The notes: generated from the letters alone by a model not told the origin. A stretch of 63,008 nucleotides of DNA, filler included, from Stramenopiles sp. TOSAG23-6 (GCA_900128565.1; 19 parts of 19 records of this genome joined end to end with filler, not necessarily neighbours in it); one strand, 5' to 3'. Positions 49,791 to 63,008 are shown, counted from the whole stretch's first letter. Translations and numbers: made by a program.

Positions 49791-50062
49791 NNNNNNNNNN
49801 NNNNNNNNNNNNNNNNNNNNNNNNNNNNNNNNNNTTAATTAATTAANNNNNNNNNNNNNNNNNNNNNNNNNNNNNNNNNNNNNNNNNNNNTTTTTTTGTA
49901 GTAAATTTTGTACCTAACGAAAAATAAAAAAATATTTTTTCAAAAGTTTTTTTTTGTAGTAAATTTTGTACCTAACGAAAAAAATATTTTTTCAAAAGTT
50001 TTTTTTTTGTAGTAAATTTTGTACCTAACGAAAAATAAAAAAATATTTTTTCAAAACTACAT

Positions 50063-53010
50063 GCAACGTGACTTACAATTACATAAGCAATATAAACCGA
50101 ATGCGGCGGAAGCGTTCGATTTAATCTTCAAGATACCTCGTACAAAGACGTTAGGTACGGAATATGGTACAAAACAAAACTCGAATAAAGAAAATAAAGA
50201 AAATAAAGAAAAAAAATGGAATAATTGGAAAATGTCTTCCAAGCCATTCAACCCTAACCCTAACCCTACTTCAAATGAGTATTCTGTATTACAACAATTT
50301 TATGATAATCAAGATAATTTCGATTTAGCAATTTTAACATTATTTCCTGGTACAAATGATGAAAATAATGTTCTATTAAACGATATTGATATGGCGAATC
50401 ATTCTAAAAAAGACTTTGGTTGTTCAGTTGGAAGTACGTAACCCTAACCCTAATCATGAATTTCAAATTTTAAAAAAAAAAAATTCATACGAAATTTCAT
50501 ACCTAACAACTATTTTTTTAAATATTTTTTCAAAATAAATGTGCAATGGGAAAATTTATACGAAACTGTTCATCTGAGCTATTAGATCCGACTCCTCCGG
50601 TTGTTTGTACAATGTACGTGTTTCAAAAAATTTATTTTTTTTAAAAATTTATTTTTTTTACTATGAAAATATTGTACTTGCAAAAAAAAAAAAAATTTTT
50701 TACAAAATATTTTTTTTTATTTTTTTTTTGTATGAAATTTTTGTACCTAACAATTTTTTTTATTTCTAAAAAAAAAAATATTTTTGTACAATATATGACT
50801 CAGCCTTCATTAATTCCTTCATTGTTTCGTAATGAAGTAAAATCTTCAAATACTACAGTTGATATAAACCAAACTGATTTTTTTGATGATGTGACTCATA
50901 ACCCTAACCCTAAGGATGTTCGTTCATCTGATGAATTTCGTGTTTTAGGAGATGATGAGATTGATCCGTCTGGAGCCATCAATGGTGATTTTTTTTGGGC
51001 TGAAATTGAAATAGAGCAAAGACCTGGTCAATTATGTTATTCTGATTATAATAATTCATCATCTAATGATATTGTAGTGGACAACTCAAAAAAACACGAA
51101 ATTCATCAAAAAAATGAAAAAAATAATATCCTAGAAAAACACGAAAACAACAAATTTCTCCCTACAAATATTGATACTATTGTGACTCATCAATCTGGTA
51201 TATCAGGTGTAGCTGCAGAGTTTGCCGAATTAAATAAACCAATAACAAATTCAATGGAAAATACAAAGTCCAAGAAAAATCCAAAATTTCGTGATATATA
51301 TCAAAATACATGTTTGGATAACCCTAACCCTAATCCTAATCCTAATCCGAATAGATGTTTGGATAACCCTAACCCTAATCAAAAACCTAATCTAAATAGC
51401 AAATATGTTGAAACATTTCAAATGAATGAGAATAATCAAAATAATCAAAATAATCAAAATACAAATCACATGCCTAAAAACAATTATAGATATTATTCAA
51501 GTTTTCCGAAATATCCAAAACAAAACAATGAAAAAAATGACACAAAAAAATATTTCGTACATCAAAATCAAAATGTAAATCAAAATGTAAATCATAATGT
51601 AAATCAAAATGTAAATCAAAATGTAAATCAAAATGTAAATCAAAATGTAAATCATAATGTAAATCAAAATGTAAATCATAATGCAAATCATAATCCAAAT
51701 CAAAATGTAAATCAAAATGCAAATCAAAATGTAAATCAAAATGTAAATCAAAATTATAACCATTGTATAATAAATGATGAATATGATCCTCCAAAACATC
51801 ATTTGAGTGTAGTTGAGGCTAATGTTTTAGTTGCCCCATTGAAACAAAATCAAAATCAAAATCAAAATGAAATTTGTCATCAAAAAAATACAAAAAATAA
51901 TACAAAAAATAATAATAAAAATAATAATAAAAATGAAACATCTGTTGTAGATATGGATCCAAAATTAGGACGTTGGAAGCATCGATATTTAGTGATTGAT
52001 GTTATGCAACAAAAATTATCATTGTATTATTCGTACAAAACAAAACAAAAATGCCTCCCACCCATGTATGTTTTATTTTTTTTCAATTTCGAATATATAT
52101 TTTTTTTATAGTAAATTTTGTACCTAACAAAAAACATTTTATTTTTTTTCAAATTCAAATTCTAATTTTTTTTTTTTTNTAGTAAANTTTNTACCNAAAC
52201 AAATTTTTTTAGATTTTTTGAAATATTTTTCCAAAATACAGTTTAGAAGTGTCTCTCGTGGGCGCTAAAGCAAATCGATTTCATATAAATGGTATATATA
52301 CAAAACTTGAACATAAAAAAGTCAATGGGACTGAAACATGTATGTTTTAATTTTTTTTTTGTATGAATTTTTTTTCGTACGAAATTTTGTACCTAACGAG
52401 TTTTTTTAGATTTTTTTTGTTTTAATTTTTTTTTTGTATGAATTTTTTTTTTATAAAAATTTTGTACCTAACGAGGTTTTTTTTTTGAAATATTTTTCCA
52501 AAACGTATTGTCTGAACGTTATGAACGTCTATTATTTAGTATTACATTTGATACAAATGAACAATTAACAAATAGTCGTGCTAGAGCTGTCAAAGTCGGT
52601 CGTAATAGACTTGTACGTTGTATATGAATTTCTAATTTAATTTATTTTTTTTGGTTTTCATACGAAATTTCGTACCTAACAAATTTTTTTTTAATTTCAA
52701 AAAAAAAAAAAATATTTTTTCACAATACTTACAGGTCTTCATCGAATGGTCATTGATAACATTAATACAATTGTATTTAGTGCAGCTCCACATTATTGGG
52801 ACTACAAAGGAACAAAATCTTTTAAAGGTGCTAAACAAAAAAATTCAAGACAAAATACCGGGCATGTATGTTTTAGTTTTTTTCAATGTTTTATGTACAG
52901 TTTTTTTTTTCGTANAAATTTCGTACCTAACGATTTTATTTTGTTATTTCGTGTTTTTTCACAATACATGGTTTGGATACAGATTGTTGTCTTGATACGG
53001 TGAGTATGTA
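50063..53010 (+). CDS. Multi-exon Asn/Gln-rich protein with a PH-like segment (may be chimeric)
   Basis: Exons delimited by family introns; NQNV 12-bp repeats at about 51560-51755; GRWKHRYLVI...LSLYY is PH-like. Confidence 0.45.
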
Positions 53011-53197
53011 TGTTTTATTTTTTTTTTAACAAAAAAATCAATTTTTTTTTCATACGAAATTTTGTACCTAACAAATTTTTTTAGATTTTTTTTGAAANNN
53101 NNNNNNNNNNNNNNNNNNNNNNNNNNNNNNNNNNNNNNNNNTTAATTAATTAANNNNNNNNNNNNNNNNNNNNNNNNNNNNNNNNNNNNNNNNNNNN

Positions 53198-56100
53198 TTT
53201 TGTAGATTATCTATTGAATCTGTTACAATAGCAGCACGATNTGCATGTCGTTGATCATGAACGCGGAACTTTCCTGCTGTCCAAGCAATGTCATTGATTG
53301 ACGTTGTTTTAACAGCTGTATCAATGTAAGATCTATAGTTTTTTACAGTTTGTAATATACTATTTGTGTTATCAGCTGAAAATGGTAGAAGGACACAGCT
53401 TTGATTCTCAGGTGTTGAGGCTTGTTTTAGAGGATTGGTTTCTCCTTTTTGAATGTATTGTTGCATTACCACATGCACATTTGTTCCACCAAACCCAAAC
53501 CCACTTGTACCTACCACCGCTTCGCCTACTGCGTTTTCTGAAATTAAACATTCACCCTTCGTAATAATATGAACCCCCAAGTCATCGAAGGGAATATGTT
53601 CATTTGGCTCATTAAAATTAAGACTTGGTGGGATCCAGTTGTGATACAAAACAAGTGCGGACTTTATCAAGCTGACAATTCCAGCAGCTGGCTCTAAATG
53701 ACCAATATTTGTTTTTACACTTCCGATACGGAGTGGCCGATCTGAAGCTAAATTACCATCTTTGTTAGCTCCAAGAACTCGCCCAAGAGCTATCAACTCG
53801 ATTGGATCCCCAAGCTTTGTTCCTGTACCGTGTGCTTCGACGTATGCCAAACTTGATATTGAAATATTGGCATCCTTATATGCTTTATGTAATAAATTTT
53901 CCTGTGATGCTGGATTAGGAGCTGTAAGACCATTAGTTTGACCGTCTTGGTTTGTAGCGATNCCACGTATAATAGCATATATAAGATCACTTTTTTTANA
54001 TATCNTAGGAATTCTTTTAATAAGTATCATCCCGCAACCCTCACCACGGNCGTACCCATTTGCCGAATTATCTCCAAATTTTACTCGTGTGTCAGATGAT
54101 AGCATACCCGCTCCATTACAANCAGCAAAACCATTTGCATCAAGTAACAAGCTGACGCCACCTACTAGCGCAGAGGTAATTTTCCCGGNACGAATGGCGT
54201 CAATTGCGATATTTAATGCGGAAAGTGATGACGAACATGCTGTGTCGACTGCAACACTTGGACCCCGAAGATTAAATGTATACGAAATCCGATTTGCGGC
54301 TATACTCAATGACCCCCCAGTAGCTGTAAACGGATTNACGGTNGAAATAAATCCGNGATATTCGCTCGATGAAATTCCTATGTATACTCCCATATTATCA
54401 GCATCTTTCACGGTTCCGTCCGATCGTAACATTCCAGCATCCTCTAGAGCTTCCTTTGCAGTGCAGAGGAGTAATCGCTGTTGTGGATCCATTGTACGTG
54501 CCTCTGTCGGCGATATACGAAATATTTCCGGGCTAAATTGAGATATTGTTTNTTCAGATAGGTATCCACCACCTCCCAGACTTGAACGCCATGTTGGNGG
54601 TTCTGTCGTTACTGCATTATACCCAGTACATAACATATTCCAAAATGATATTAGAGTATTTGAATCTCCTGGAAATCGACATGCCATACCCGATATAGCA
54701 ATTCTGTCACCAAAAGAATGTGGTTTCACATCATTTGGTACACGAATCTGGTTCAGATATTTAGTTTCATTTGATTTTGTACACTTGCTATAAATATGGT
54801 GTGCAATTTCACGAACAGTATTAAATTCAAATGCTAGTGTCACAGATAGTTTCAACCCTGTTAGGGACATTAACTTGTTACCAAAATCTACAGAAGTTAA
54901 TGAATTCATGCCTAAACTTTGTAGGGTGGTTTCTGCATTGATTAGCAATTTGGATTCTGACACGTCGATCAGAATTTCTATTATTTGTTTTATAACTTTT
55001 TCTTCCGCAGCGTCTTTATCTAGATTCAAAAGCTCTGTAACAAAAGCATTATCCAAGGGTTGGTGTAATGTTGCTTTATCTGAATTAGCGAAAGCCCAAT
55101 TTAGATNCTTATNCGTGAATACAGCGTACAACACAACACCACTTTTTCCATTCGCAATCAAATTTGTAAGTGTAGAAGCTCCAGCTTTAGGCTCTATCCA
55201 CCCCAATCCAGTTTTAACGAATTTAGCTCTTAGTTCATCTGTTGCCATCCCCCCTCCAGACCATGGTCCAAACTGAACCGATAACGTGGGTTTTCCCTCA
55301 TTTGACCTCTTCAATGCAATCGAATCTAGGGCAGCATTTGCAGACGCATAATTGGCTTGCCCCACTGAGCCAAATAAAGCTGAGATAGAAGAACAAAATA
55401 TGAGTAAAGGCATTCGATGTAATTCTTGTCCAAAAATATGGTCAATAGAAGTAGCAATATTTATTGCACCTGTAACTTTCGGCGAGTAAACATCATCAAA
55501 CATTTTTGTTGACAAATTAGAAATCAAGCCATCTGATAATATTCCTGCGGCATGAACTACAAAGCGAAGTTTCTGCATCTTTTCACCACTAAANAGTNAA
55601 GACACTTGAATGGGGTCAGATACATCACATACTGNCACACTGATTTTGGGCCCTAAGTTTAGCGAATCTACACTCTTTTTTGATCGGGATAGTAACAAAA
55701 CGTCATTGCAACCACTATCGACAAAATATTTTGCCAAAGACAGGCCAATATGACCAAGNCCTCCAGTNATCATAACAACATCATCGGGCTCATATTGAAT
55801 ATGCCGTTTTGGTATGATGAGCTTTTCTAGATCTGGTATTTGTAATTGGTNATTTGTGTATCGCTGTTCAAGTTCATTTTGACACCACTGAATTTTAAAT
55901 GGGTCTCCATCGCTAGCGAAGCACTGGACTTTCCAATGTGTGTACTCNCTCCGCAAAGTGCGAGCAAATCCCCATATCTCATCCTCGAACTCAGTATGAA
56001 ATATAATGTGTATTTTTTTCTTTGNCACACGATTTGCTATATCTTGAATGATTAATAAACAATGTTTCAAACTTACATTATTAAATATAATATGGTCCAC

Positions 56101-56402
56101 ATTTTCAATATCATTCAAATTGGAATAACCTTCGAGGTTGTAAATAACAAATGAATTTTCTTCTATATTCCAAGAAGGGCTATTCTGTTTGTAATTGGAC
56201 CATATCCTTACAAATNTNTCATCCGTTTCTGTCAACTTTTTGCGAGNTTCATACCAATACCTTTGACCACANAATANAGNAGTAGGTAAACGAACTCGTT
56301 TGGCTCCTTCGACTANTTGATCCCATTTCAAAGGTACACCACTTACGTGAAGCATTGCAGCTGTTTTACANATATTCTTCCAATCATTTCCATCTCTCTT
56401 CA
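53198..56402 (-). CDS. Modular type I polyketide synthase fragment (KR-ACP-KS), intronless, partial at both ends
   Basis: KR TGxLGx[74 protein letters not shown]. Confidence 0.93.
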
Positions 56403-56547
56403 NNNNNNNNNNNNNNNNNNNNNNNNNNNNNNNNNNNNNNNNNNNNTTAATTAATTAANNNNNNNNNNNNNNNNNNNNNNNNNNNNNNNNNNNNNNNNNN
56501 NNGTACGAAAGTTTGTACCTAACGATTTTTTTTGAAATATTTTTCCA

Positions 56548-59500
56548 AAATACATGCATAAAATCAAAATGTATTTTCATTCCAAAAGAATGGGGCAAAT
56601 GCGGTAATACTAAAGAAAAAGGCGCTGTTAAAGAGTGCGGAATATCTCAAAAATGTGAGAGTAACATGTGTGTTCCAAAATACTCTGGTCTACCACAAGA
56701 AGGAAAACTTTGCGAGAAAACTTCACAATGCGCAAACGGTCAAAAATGTGTTTCAAGTCGTTGCAAGTTTGTAAAAGATGGCGAGACTTGCAAACCAGAA
56801 TCGAACCCTTCAGAATGTGGACTCAACCAATTCTGTGCTATTGATAAATGCAGCACTGTTACTGGGAGCTGTCAGTCAAATTATGATTGCGGTGATTGGA
56901 TGGCATGCATGGGACATAATAGCGCAGGTAGGGGGATGTGTCGAGCGATACTGATAAAATCAAGTTGTAGAGATATTGCTGATTGTGGAAATGGACAATT
57001 TTGTGCCGATGAAACACTTACATGTATAGCCGGAAAACCAGGTGTGAAATCAAAGTGTAAAGACTCCAAGGTCTGTGGTCTTGGGTATAAATGCATACAG
57101 AAAAATGCTGATGTTAAAGGTCTTTGTACTATTTGGCCGACTGGTTCACCGTGTACTACAACTGATGATTGCGGGTTTGGACATTTTTGTGTAACAAAAC
57201 AATGCGAATTTAAAATTCCACCCGATGGATCCTTCTGTTCTACACATATGGATTGTACACATGGTCAAAAATGCGTGGAAGATGATGTGAAATCAGGTAA
57301 GAAAAAAAAGAAGGGTAGATGTGAAAGCTTTTTGGTTGGTAGTAAATGTACATTACCAGATAAAAAAAATGGAGATAAATATATTGATGAATGTTCAAAT
57401 GGGTATAAGTGTAAAAAACCAAAAGATGGTAATGTTGCAAAGGGGACTGGGAAGTGTACTGATATCCTCGAAAATACTTCTTGTGGTGGTACCCAAGATT
57501 GCGGTGTGCGACAAATTTGTGAGGCACATAAATGTCGTGGCAAATATATGCGAAATGGTCAGAGAACAGTAATGGACTCATCCACTCATCAGATTTCTTT
57601 AATTCAATGCAAAGAAGCAAAGACCTGTGGAGAGAATCAATCATGTATCAATGATAGATGTTCTGTAGTATTGGAAGGATGTATGTTCTATTTTTTTTCA
57701 AATTCCAATTTTTTTTTCGTGCGAAAATTTGTACCTAACAAATTTTAGTTTTTTTTTTTGAAATATTTTTCCAAAATACATACCCTTGTATCCATAACTC
57801 TGAATGTGGTAATAGTCAGTTATGCCATGGTGATCCTGGAGGATGTCGAAATATTGCAAAAGGTGGCCCATGCGGTAAATGTGCAAATAATATGATTTGC
57901 ATGGAGACAGTTTGTGTACCAGATTTTAATTTTTCAAAGCATGATCTTGCGAATGCGCTTCCAACCTTTGCAAAGTGTGTAACACATGATCAATGCGCGA
58001 TGGGACACAAATGTACACGACAACCACACGCATCAGGTAGATGCGAAAATGTTTATGTTGGTGAATATTGTTCTGAAAATGGTGCTTGCGGTAATGGGCA
58101 GGAATGCGTTAAAAAAAAATGCCAAACAGCAGCTGAAGGAAGAATTTGTAGTAGAAATACAAACTGTGGAAATGGACAAATTTGTCGACTTAATATGTGT
58201 TCGAGTGTGTATGGTCGAGGTCCTATTGGTCAAGTAAGCTCCGGAACTCATTGCATCGTTCATACAGATTGTGGAATTAATCAGCTTTGCTCCGATTTAC
58301 GATGTCGTGAAGCTTCACTGGGAAAACAATGTTCTTTCACCCATGATTGTGGTAATGGTCAGACATGCAAAAACAATGTATGTACAAATATAAAGGATGG
58401 AACATCATGCGAAAATTCTAGTAATTGCGGAAGAAATCAGGACTGTATTTCTGGTTTTTGTTATAGAAACTATGGTAAGTTATTAGAGATTCAAGTTCGT
58501 CGTGAAGCACAAGAAAATTGGAAATTAGAGGACCAATGGCGCTCAATGATTGAAAAAAAAATGCACCAACTAATGAATGAAGTTGAAGGCGAGCTTCATC
58601 GAAATATCACTGTAAATATGTCTACCATGGTTGCTGTCCAAAAACTCCGAGAAGAAAGACAGAGACTTAAAGCAGGTCGATTGGTACTTGAACAAGAGTT
58701 GAAAAGACGAGCTGCGTGGGTGCCCGATGGAAATAAATGGGGCAATGGCGAAGATGGTTGTGCACTTTGTAAAGCCGAGGAAGACATTAAAAAATTACAA
58801 GATGAAGTAGCGAGACTTCGTGTAGAACTAGTTCAATGTACAAAACAAAAAGAAGTTTACACAACAAGTTGCAAACAAGATATACAATTTCAAATAGGAA
58901 AATTACAGGAGGAAATTGCGAGACGACAGGCACTTCTTCAGACTGAGTTAAAACAACTCGAAGCAGAGCAAACACGAGTTCAACGAGAGTTGGTTCAATG
59001 TCGGGGGAAAACTGGCGGATGTGCAACAACAGAAGAACAACCAATGTTGATGCAACTACTTCGTATTGAAGAAGAACTCATGCGTAGAAGAAACAGTTCA
59101 TCCCGTGAAGAGAAGATCATCATTTACCGCTGTCTTTATGTCAACAGAAAATATAAACATATCTCCAAAGTTGCTTCTAACTTTTCCTCTTCATTAGCGA
59201 CAGGCTGTGCGACAAATATAGAAAATGAAAAGTTACGTGCTTGTCTTTGTGATGACTTCAACATGCAACAGAAAATTGCAGCTGAAGCAGAGAAACGACA
59301 GTCACAGGCCATCAAAGCAGAAGAAGCAGATCTAATGTTAGACTCGACATCCAAAACAATAGCAAATCAGTCCAAAGATATCTCCAAGTTTGTAGCTATG
59401 GAATTGCTTTATGCACATGAACATAAACAAGATGATTGGGCCTCGACACTTCAGAAATTAAAGGAAGAGCAGGGAAATCACTTAGCCGACATCGAGAAAA

Positions 59501-59706
59501 GAGCAACGGATATAATGAACTTGCTACACGGAACTTCCGGAAGTGGAACAAACACATTAGATTCAGATAGTGATATTTCCAGGTTTGTTGCCATGCAGTT
59601 ACTTTATAATAAGGAGCATAAACTAGATAGTTGGCCAAAAACTTTCAAAATGTTGAAAAAACAAGCGGAAAGCAATCATACTTTGAAGAATATTGAAAAT
59701 GAAGCT
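56548..59706 (+). CDS. Cys-rich repeat protein (C..x.DC..GQ.C....C repeats) with a C-terminal coiled coil, partial; intron 57681-57781
   Basis: More than 20 four-Cys repeats; in-frame join EG|YPC via a GT...AT intron. Confidence 0.8.
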
Positions 59707-59936
59707 NNNNNNNNNNNNNNNNNNNNNNNNNNNNNNNNNNNNNNNNNNNNTTAATTAATTAANNNNNNNNNNNNNNNNNNNNNNNNNNNNNNNNNNNNNN
59801 NNNNNNATGTATTTTGGAANAATATTTCAAAATTTTCTAAAAAAAAAATTTTGTTAGGTACAAAATTTTTTTACCAAAAAAAAAAAATCAATTTTTTTTT
59901 TTTTCGTAAAAAAAACAAAATAAAAATAAAACATAC

Positions 59937-62890
59937 ATGACACGTGTTAAAATCGCCGATATATTTTTTACCCGTAAAACAGCATTTGAAGCAATATCAC
60001 GGCCATTAACACTTACTGAAGAATTAAATCCAATAGAATCAATAGGAAAAACTAAAATTATGTTTTCATCAATTCTTCTATTGTTATTTTCGATATTTTC
60101 AATACTTTTGGCTGAATTTTGATTTTGAGTTGTATCTTTTTGATTATACTTTTTTTCTTCTGAAACATTTGATGTTGAAAATGCATTTTTATCAACACTT
60201 TTATCAACATTTTTATCAATTGTACAAAATATCTCACAAGGCAAAATAACTTCAAACGATTTCATTTGGAAATTTAAGCTCCATAGAGAAACATCCATAT
60301 CATCATCACTAATCGTAAATGGATCAAGAATATCATTTGATGGCCATTCAAAAAAATATATGTCTTGTGAAACAATATTTTTTTTTTTTTTTTTTGAAAA
60401 ACAAAATTCATTAGGNACAAAANTTNCNACTAAAAAAANTAAAAANTAAATTATACTGAAAACATACTTGATGCTATTAAATAATGGCAAATCCAAACGT
60501 ATTCGTGTATGTTGAAGTTTTACATTTAATTCAGCGACATATTGACATGAGCTCTGAATAAATTCTACACAAAATTGATGACATGTAGATGATGGTTCTG
60601 TTGTTACCTGTTCAACAATTTCACTTTTTTTGTTTTTACTTTTTTTTTTCAATTTTTTTAATTTTTTAAAAGTGACAANAAAAACATCATTTTCATCAAT
60701 AATATTCAATTCATTACTTTTAGCGTTTATTGTAGTTTTNCCACTAATAGTCCTATGCATGAAGAAATCACACGAATTAAATGCAATACGAATTTGTTCG
60801 GTTGAGTTTAGGGTTAGGGTTTGTTTAATATCAACACAAATTAAAGATGTTTGTACAGTTGTTGATAGAATTGTTAGAAGTGATGTATAATCATGTATTT
60901 TGGAAAAATATTTCAAAATTTTTTTTCCGTAAAAAAAAAAAATAATTGTTAGGTACAACATTTCGTACGAAAAAATATTTCAAAAAAAAATTTGAAAAAA
61001 ATTGTTAGGTACAAAATTTCGTATGAAAACCAAAAAAAAAAAAATAAAACATACATCATAATGATAAAAAATAGTGTTTGTAGTATCAGGATGACTCTCA
61101 CTCGTTCCAACAAAATCATCACTCATTTCAATGCAATGTTTAAAACACGAAATACAAACTTTTACTTGTTCAACAACATCCTCTACAAAGACTTTACATG
61201 AACAACATGCTGGACATTTATTTTAGAAAAATATTTCAAAAAAAAATTTTGAAATTTTTTTGTTAGGTACAAAATTTCGTACGAAAAAAAAATTCATACA
61301 AAAAAAAAAAATTAAACATACATAAAACAGCTCCGCAACGACGACATCGAAGTCTTTGAATACCATTAGAAAACGACATACCACAATGCATACAAATATT
61401 TGTAGCTGAATTTGGAATAAATTTTGGTTTGTCTAAAGAATTAATTTTTACAATTGGCGAATTTGCAAAAGAATTTTTTATATTTTTTGAATTTTTTGAA
61501 TTTTTTATATTTTTTACATTTTTTACATTTTTTGAATTTTTTGAATTTTTTATATTTGATTCCATTTCTGTAGAAACATCATTTAAAATAAAAGGAAAAT
61601 TATCTGGAAATGCTAAAATATTACACCATAATACTTGTAAGATATTTATGAAATCTTGACGATATAATTCAATGTGTATTGGACTGACATCAATTTTTGA
61701 TGTATACATGTATTTTGGAAAAATATTTCAAAAAAATTTTACGAAAAAAAAAAAATTGTTAGGTACAAAATTTCGTATGAAAAAATAAATTCAAAATTCA
61801 AAATAAAAAAAAAATAAAAAAACATACATTGGACGAATAAAATTGTTTTCTATATCAGGTAATGTAACTGTCACTTCAATAGTAAATAATTGTTTTGAAA
61901 TTTTTTTTGGTATTTCTTCATAGGATATATTCGCATAGATATCAATATTGTTGATATGTATTTTTAAAACATCATTCAAATGTATTTTGGAAAAATATTT
62001 CAAAAAAAATTCTAAAAAAATTGTTAGGTACAAAATTACGTACGAAAAAAAAATTAGAATTTGAAAAAAAATAAAACATACATCTCCACCATATTGAATT
62101 ACTATATTATCTGACACAATAGTCATTGGTATAGAATTATTTTCTACATACGATGGACACAACATTTCAATTTCAGAAGTATCTAATTCAAATACAATTT
62201 CACTTTTTTGATTTTTTTGATTATTTTTTTCATTATTTTTTTCTTTTTTTTCAAAATGATGAAAAATTCCAAATATTCCAAAATCATCAGAAGGAGTCCA
62301 AAANAGTAATGCAAAAACNCCTTGCCAGAAAAAATCATTTATTTCTAGCCATTGCTGTACATGTAAACAGGAAAATGCTGGAGGAATTTTTACTTGAAGT
62401 AAAGATTGATGTTTATGAAATGGCATGTATTTCAGAAAAATATTTTTTTTTTTAGTAATTTTTTTGTTAGGTACAAAATTTCGTATGAAAAAAAAATAAA
62501 TTTAAAATTAAATTTAAAATTGATTTTGAAAATACATTCCAATAAGATCAGCAGCTTTTTTTGTTTGACTATTATCAAAAGTAAATGATAAACATTCATA
62601 GTTTTTCTTAGTTTTCTTAGTTTTGTTGTCTTTTTCTTTCGTACCAAAATTTGTACCTAATGAATTTTTCCGATTCAAAAACAATTTTGAATATTTTTTT
62701 TTAAATGTACTTTTTTTTGCGCATAACCCTAACCCTAATGAATTATTTTTTGTATTGAAAATATCGTCAAGAATCCAATCATGTGTATAGCCTTTAATAG
62801 TATATACATTTCCAATAATATTTGAATCAATTGAAATTGATTTTGCACGAAATGAGCATAATCGCCGACCCATACGATCTTTATTGAAAG
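59937..62890 (-). CDS. VPS13-like lipid-transfer protein fragment with an inserted FYVE-type zinc finger, multi-exon
   Basis: Beta-strand-rich repeats (SPIHIELYRQDF..IL..LW.NIL); removing intron 61216-61321 completes CMHC...CRRCGAVLCPACC...VCISC. Confidence 0.55.
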
Positions 62891-63008
62891 CAATGTTTTT
62901 TTGAACAATATTTTTTTTTTTTTGAAATTTTTTTTTTTTGTTAGGTACAAATTTTCCTACAAAAAAAAAAAAAAAAAATTTTTTAAAAAAATTTTTTTTA
63001 AAAAAAAA

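Larger units (their letters stand above)
458..62960. mobile_element. Dispersed family of similar intron elements (candidate introners), well over 50 copies or fragments on both strands
   Basis: A shared three-module consensus recurs in unrelated genes, in sense orientation in reconstructable cases, with GTAT...ATAC termini and frequent 2-bp flanking duplication. Confidence 0.7.

Noticed and set aside
3241-59806. Regularly spaced TTAATTAATTAA palindromes within N-runs as a biological repeat
   Set aside because: Artificial six-frame-stop linkers between length-sorted contigs; gene neighbourhoods across them mean nothing.
1-63008. Alternative genetic code or programmed frameshifting as the cause of broken ORFs
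   Set aside because: Conserved genes end in TAA, TAG or TGA and lack internal stops once the family introns are removed; most breaks coincide with those introns.
1-63008. rRNA, tRNA, snRNA genes or a transposase for the intron elements
   Set aside because: None recognisable by eye; a covariance-model search would be needed to exclude small RNAs.

Overview
AT-rich eukaryotic (protist-like) genomic DNA in the standard genetic code. The window is an artificial concatenation of 19 unrelated contigs of about 3.2 kb, joined by N-TTAATTAATTAA-N linkers, so most genes are partial. Recognisable products include a secreted WW/EGF-repeat protein, acylamino-acid-releasing enzyme, a CAMKK-like kinase, a DOT1-type methyltransferase, ankyrin proteins, TPX2-like, PIG-L, CNBD-family ion channel exons, glycine decarboxylase P, acyl-CoA dehydrogenase, an ABCB transporter, PA28, cyclophilin B, a PKG/PKA-like kinase, a modular type I PKS and a VPS13-like/FYVE protein. 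The main discovery is the intron system. Most interrupted genes carry one family of similar introns, usually about 85-135 nt, with consensus RTAYGTTTT ... TTTCRTAYGAAATTTTGTACCTAAC ... AAATATTTTTC(CA/AC)AATAY-NN. These introns almost never end in AG. I reconstructed 34 by hand from protein reading frames. They end in AT (24), TT (4), AG (2) and CT, CC, AA, TC (1 each), and start with GT (27), AT (6) or GA (1). The ends form a GTAT...ATAC inverted repeat, often flanked by a 2-bp duplication, which suggests transposon-derived introners spliced without an AG acceptor. Some exons are out of order or joined to unrelated genes at these introns. That is most likely misassembly but is testable. No splice junction is confirmed by transcript data.
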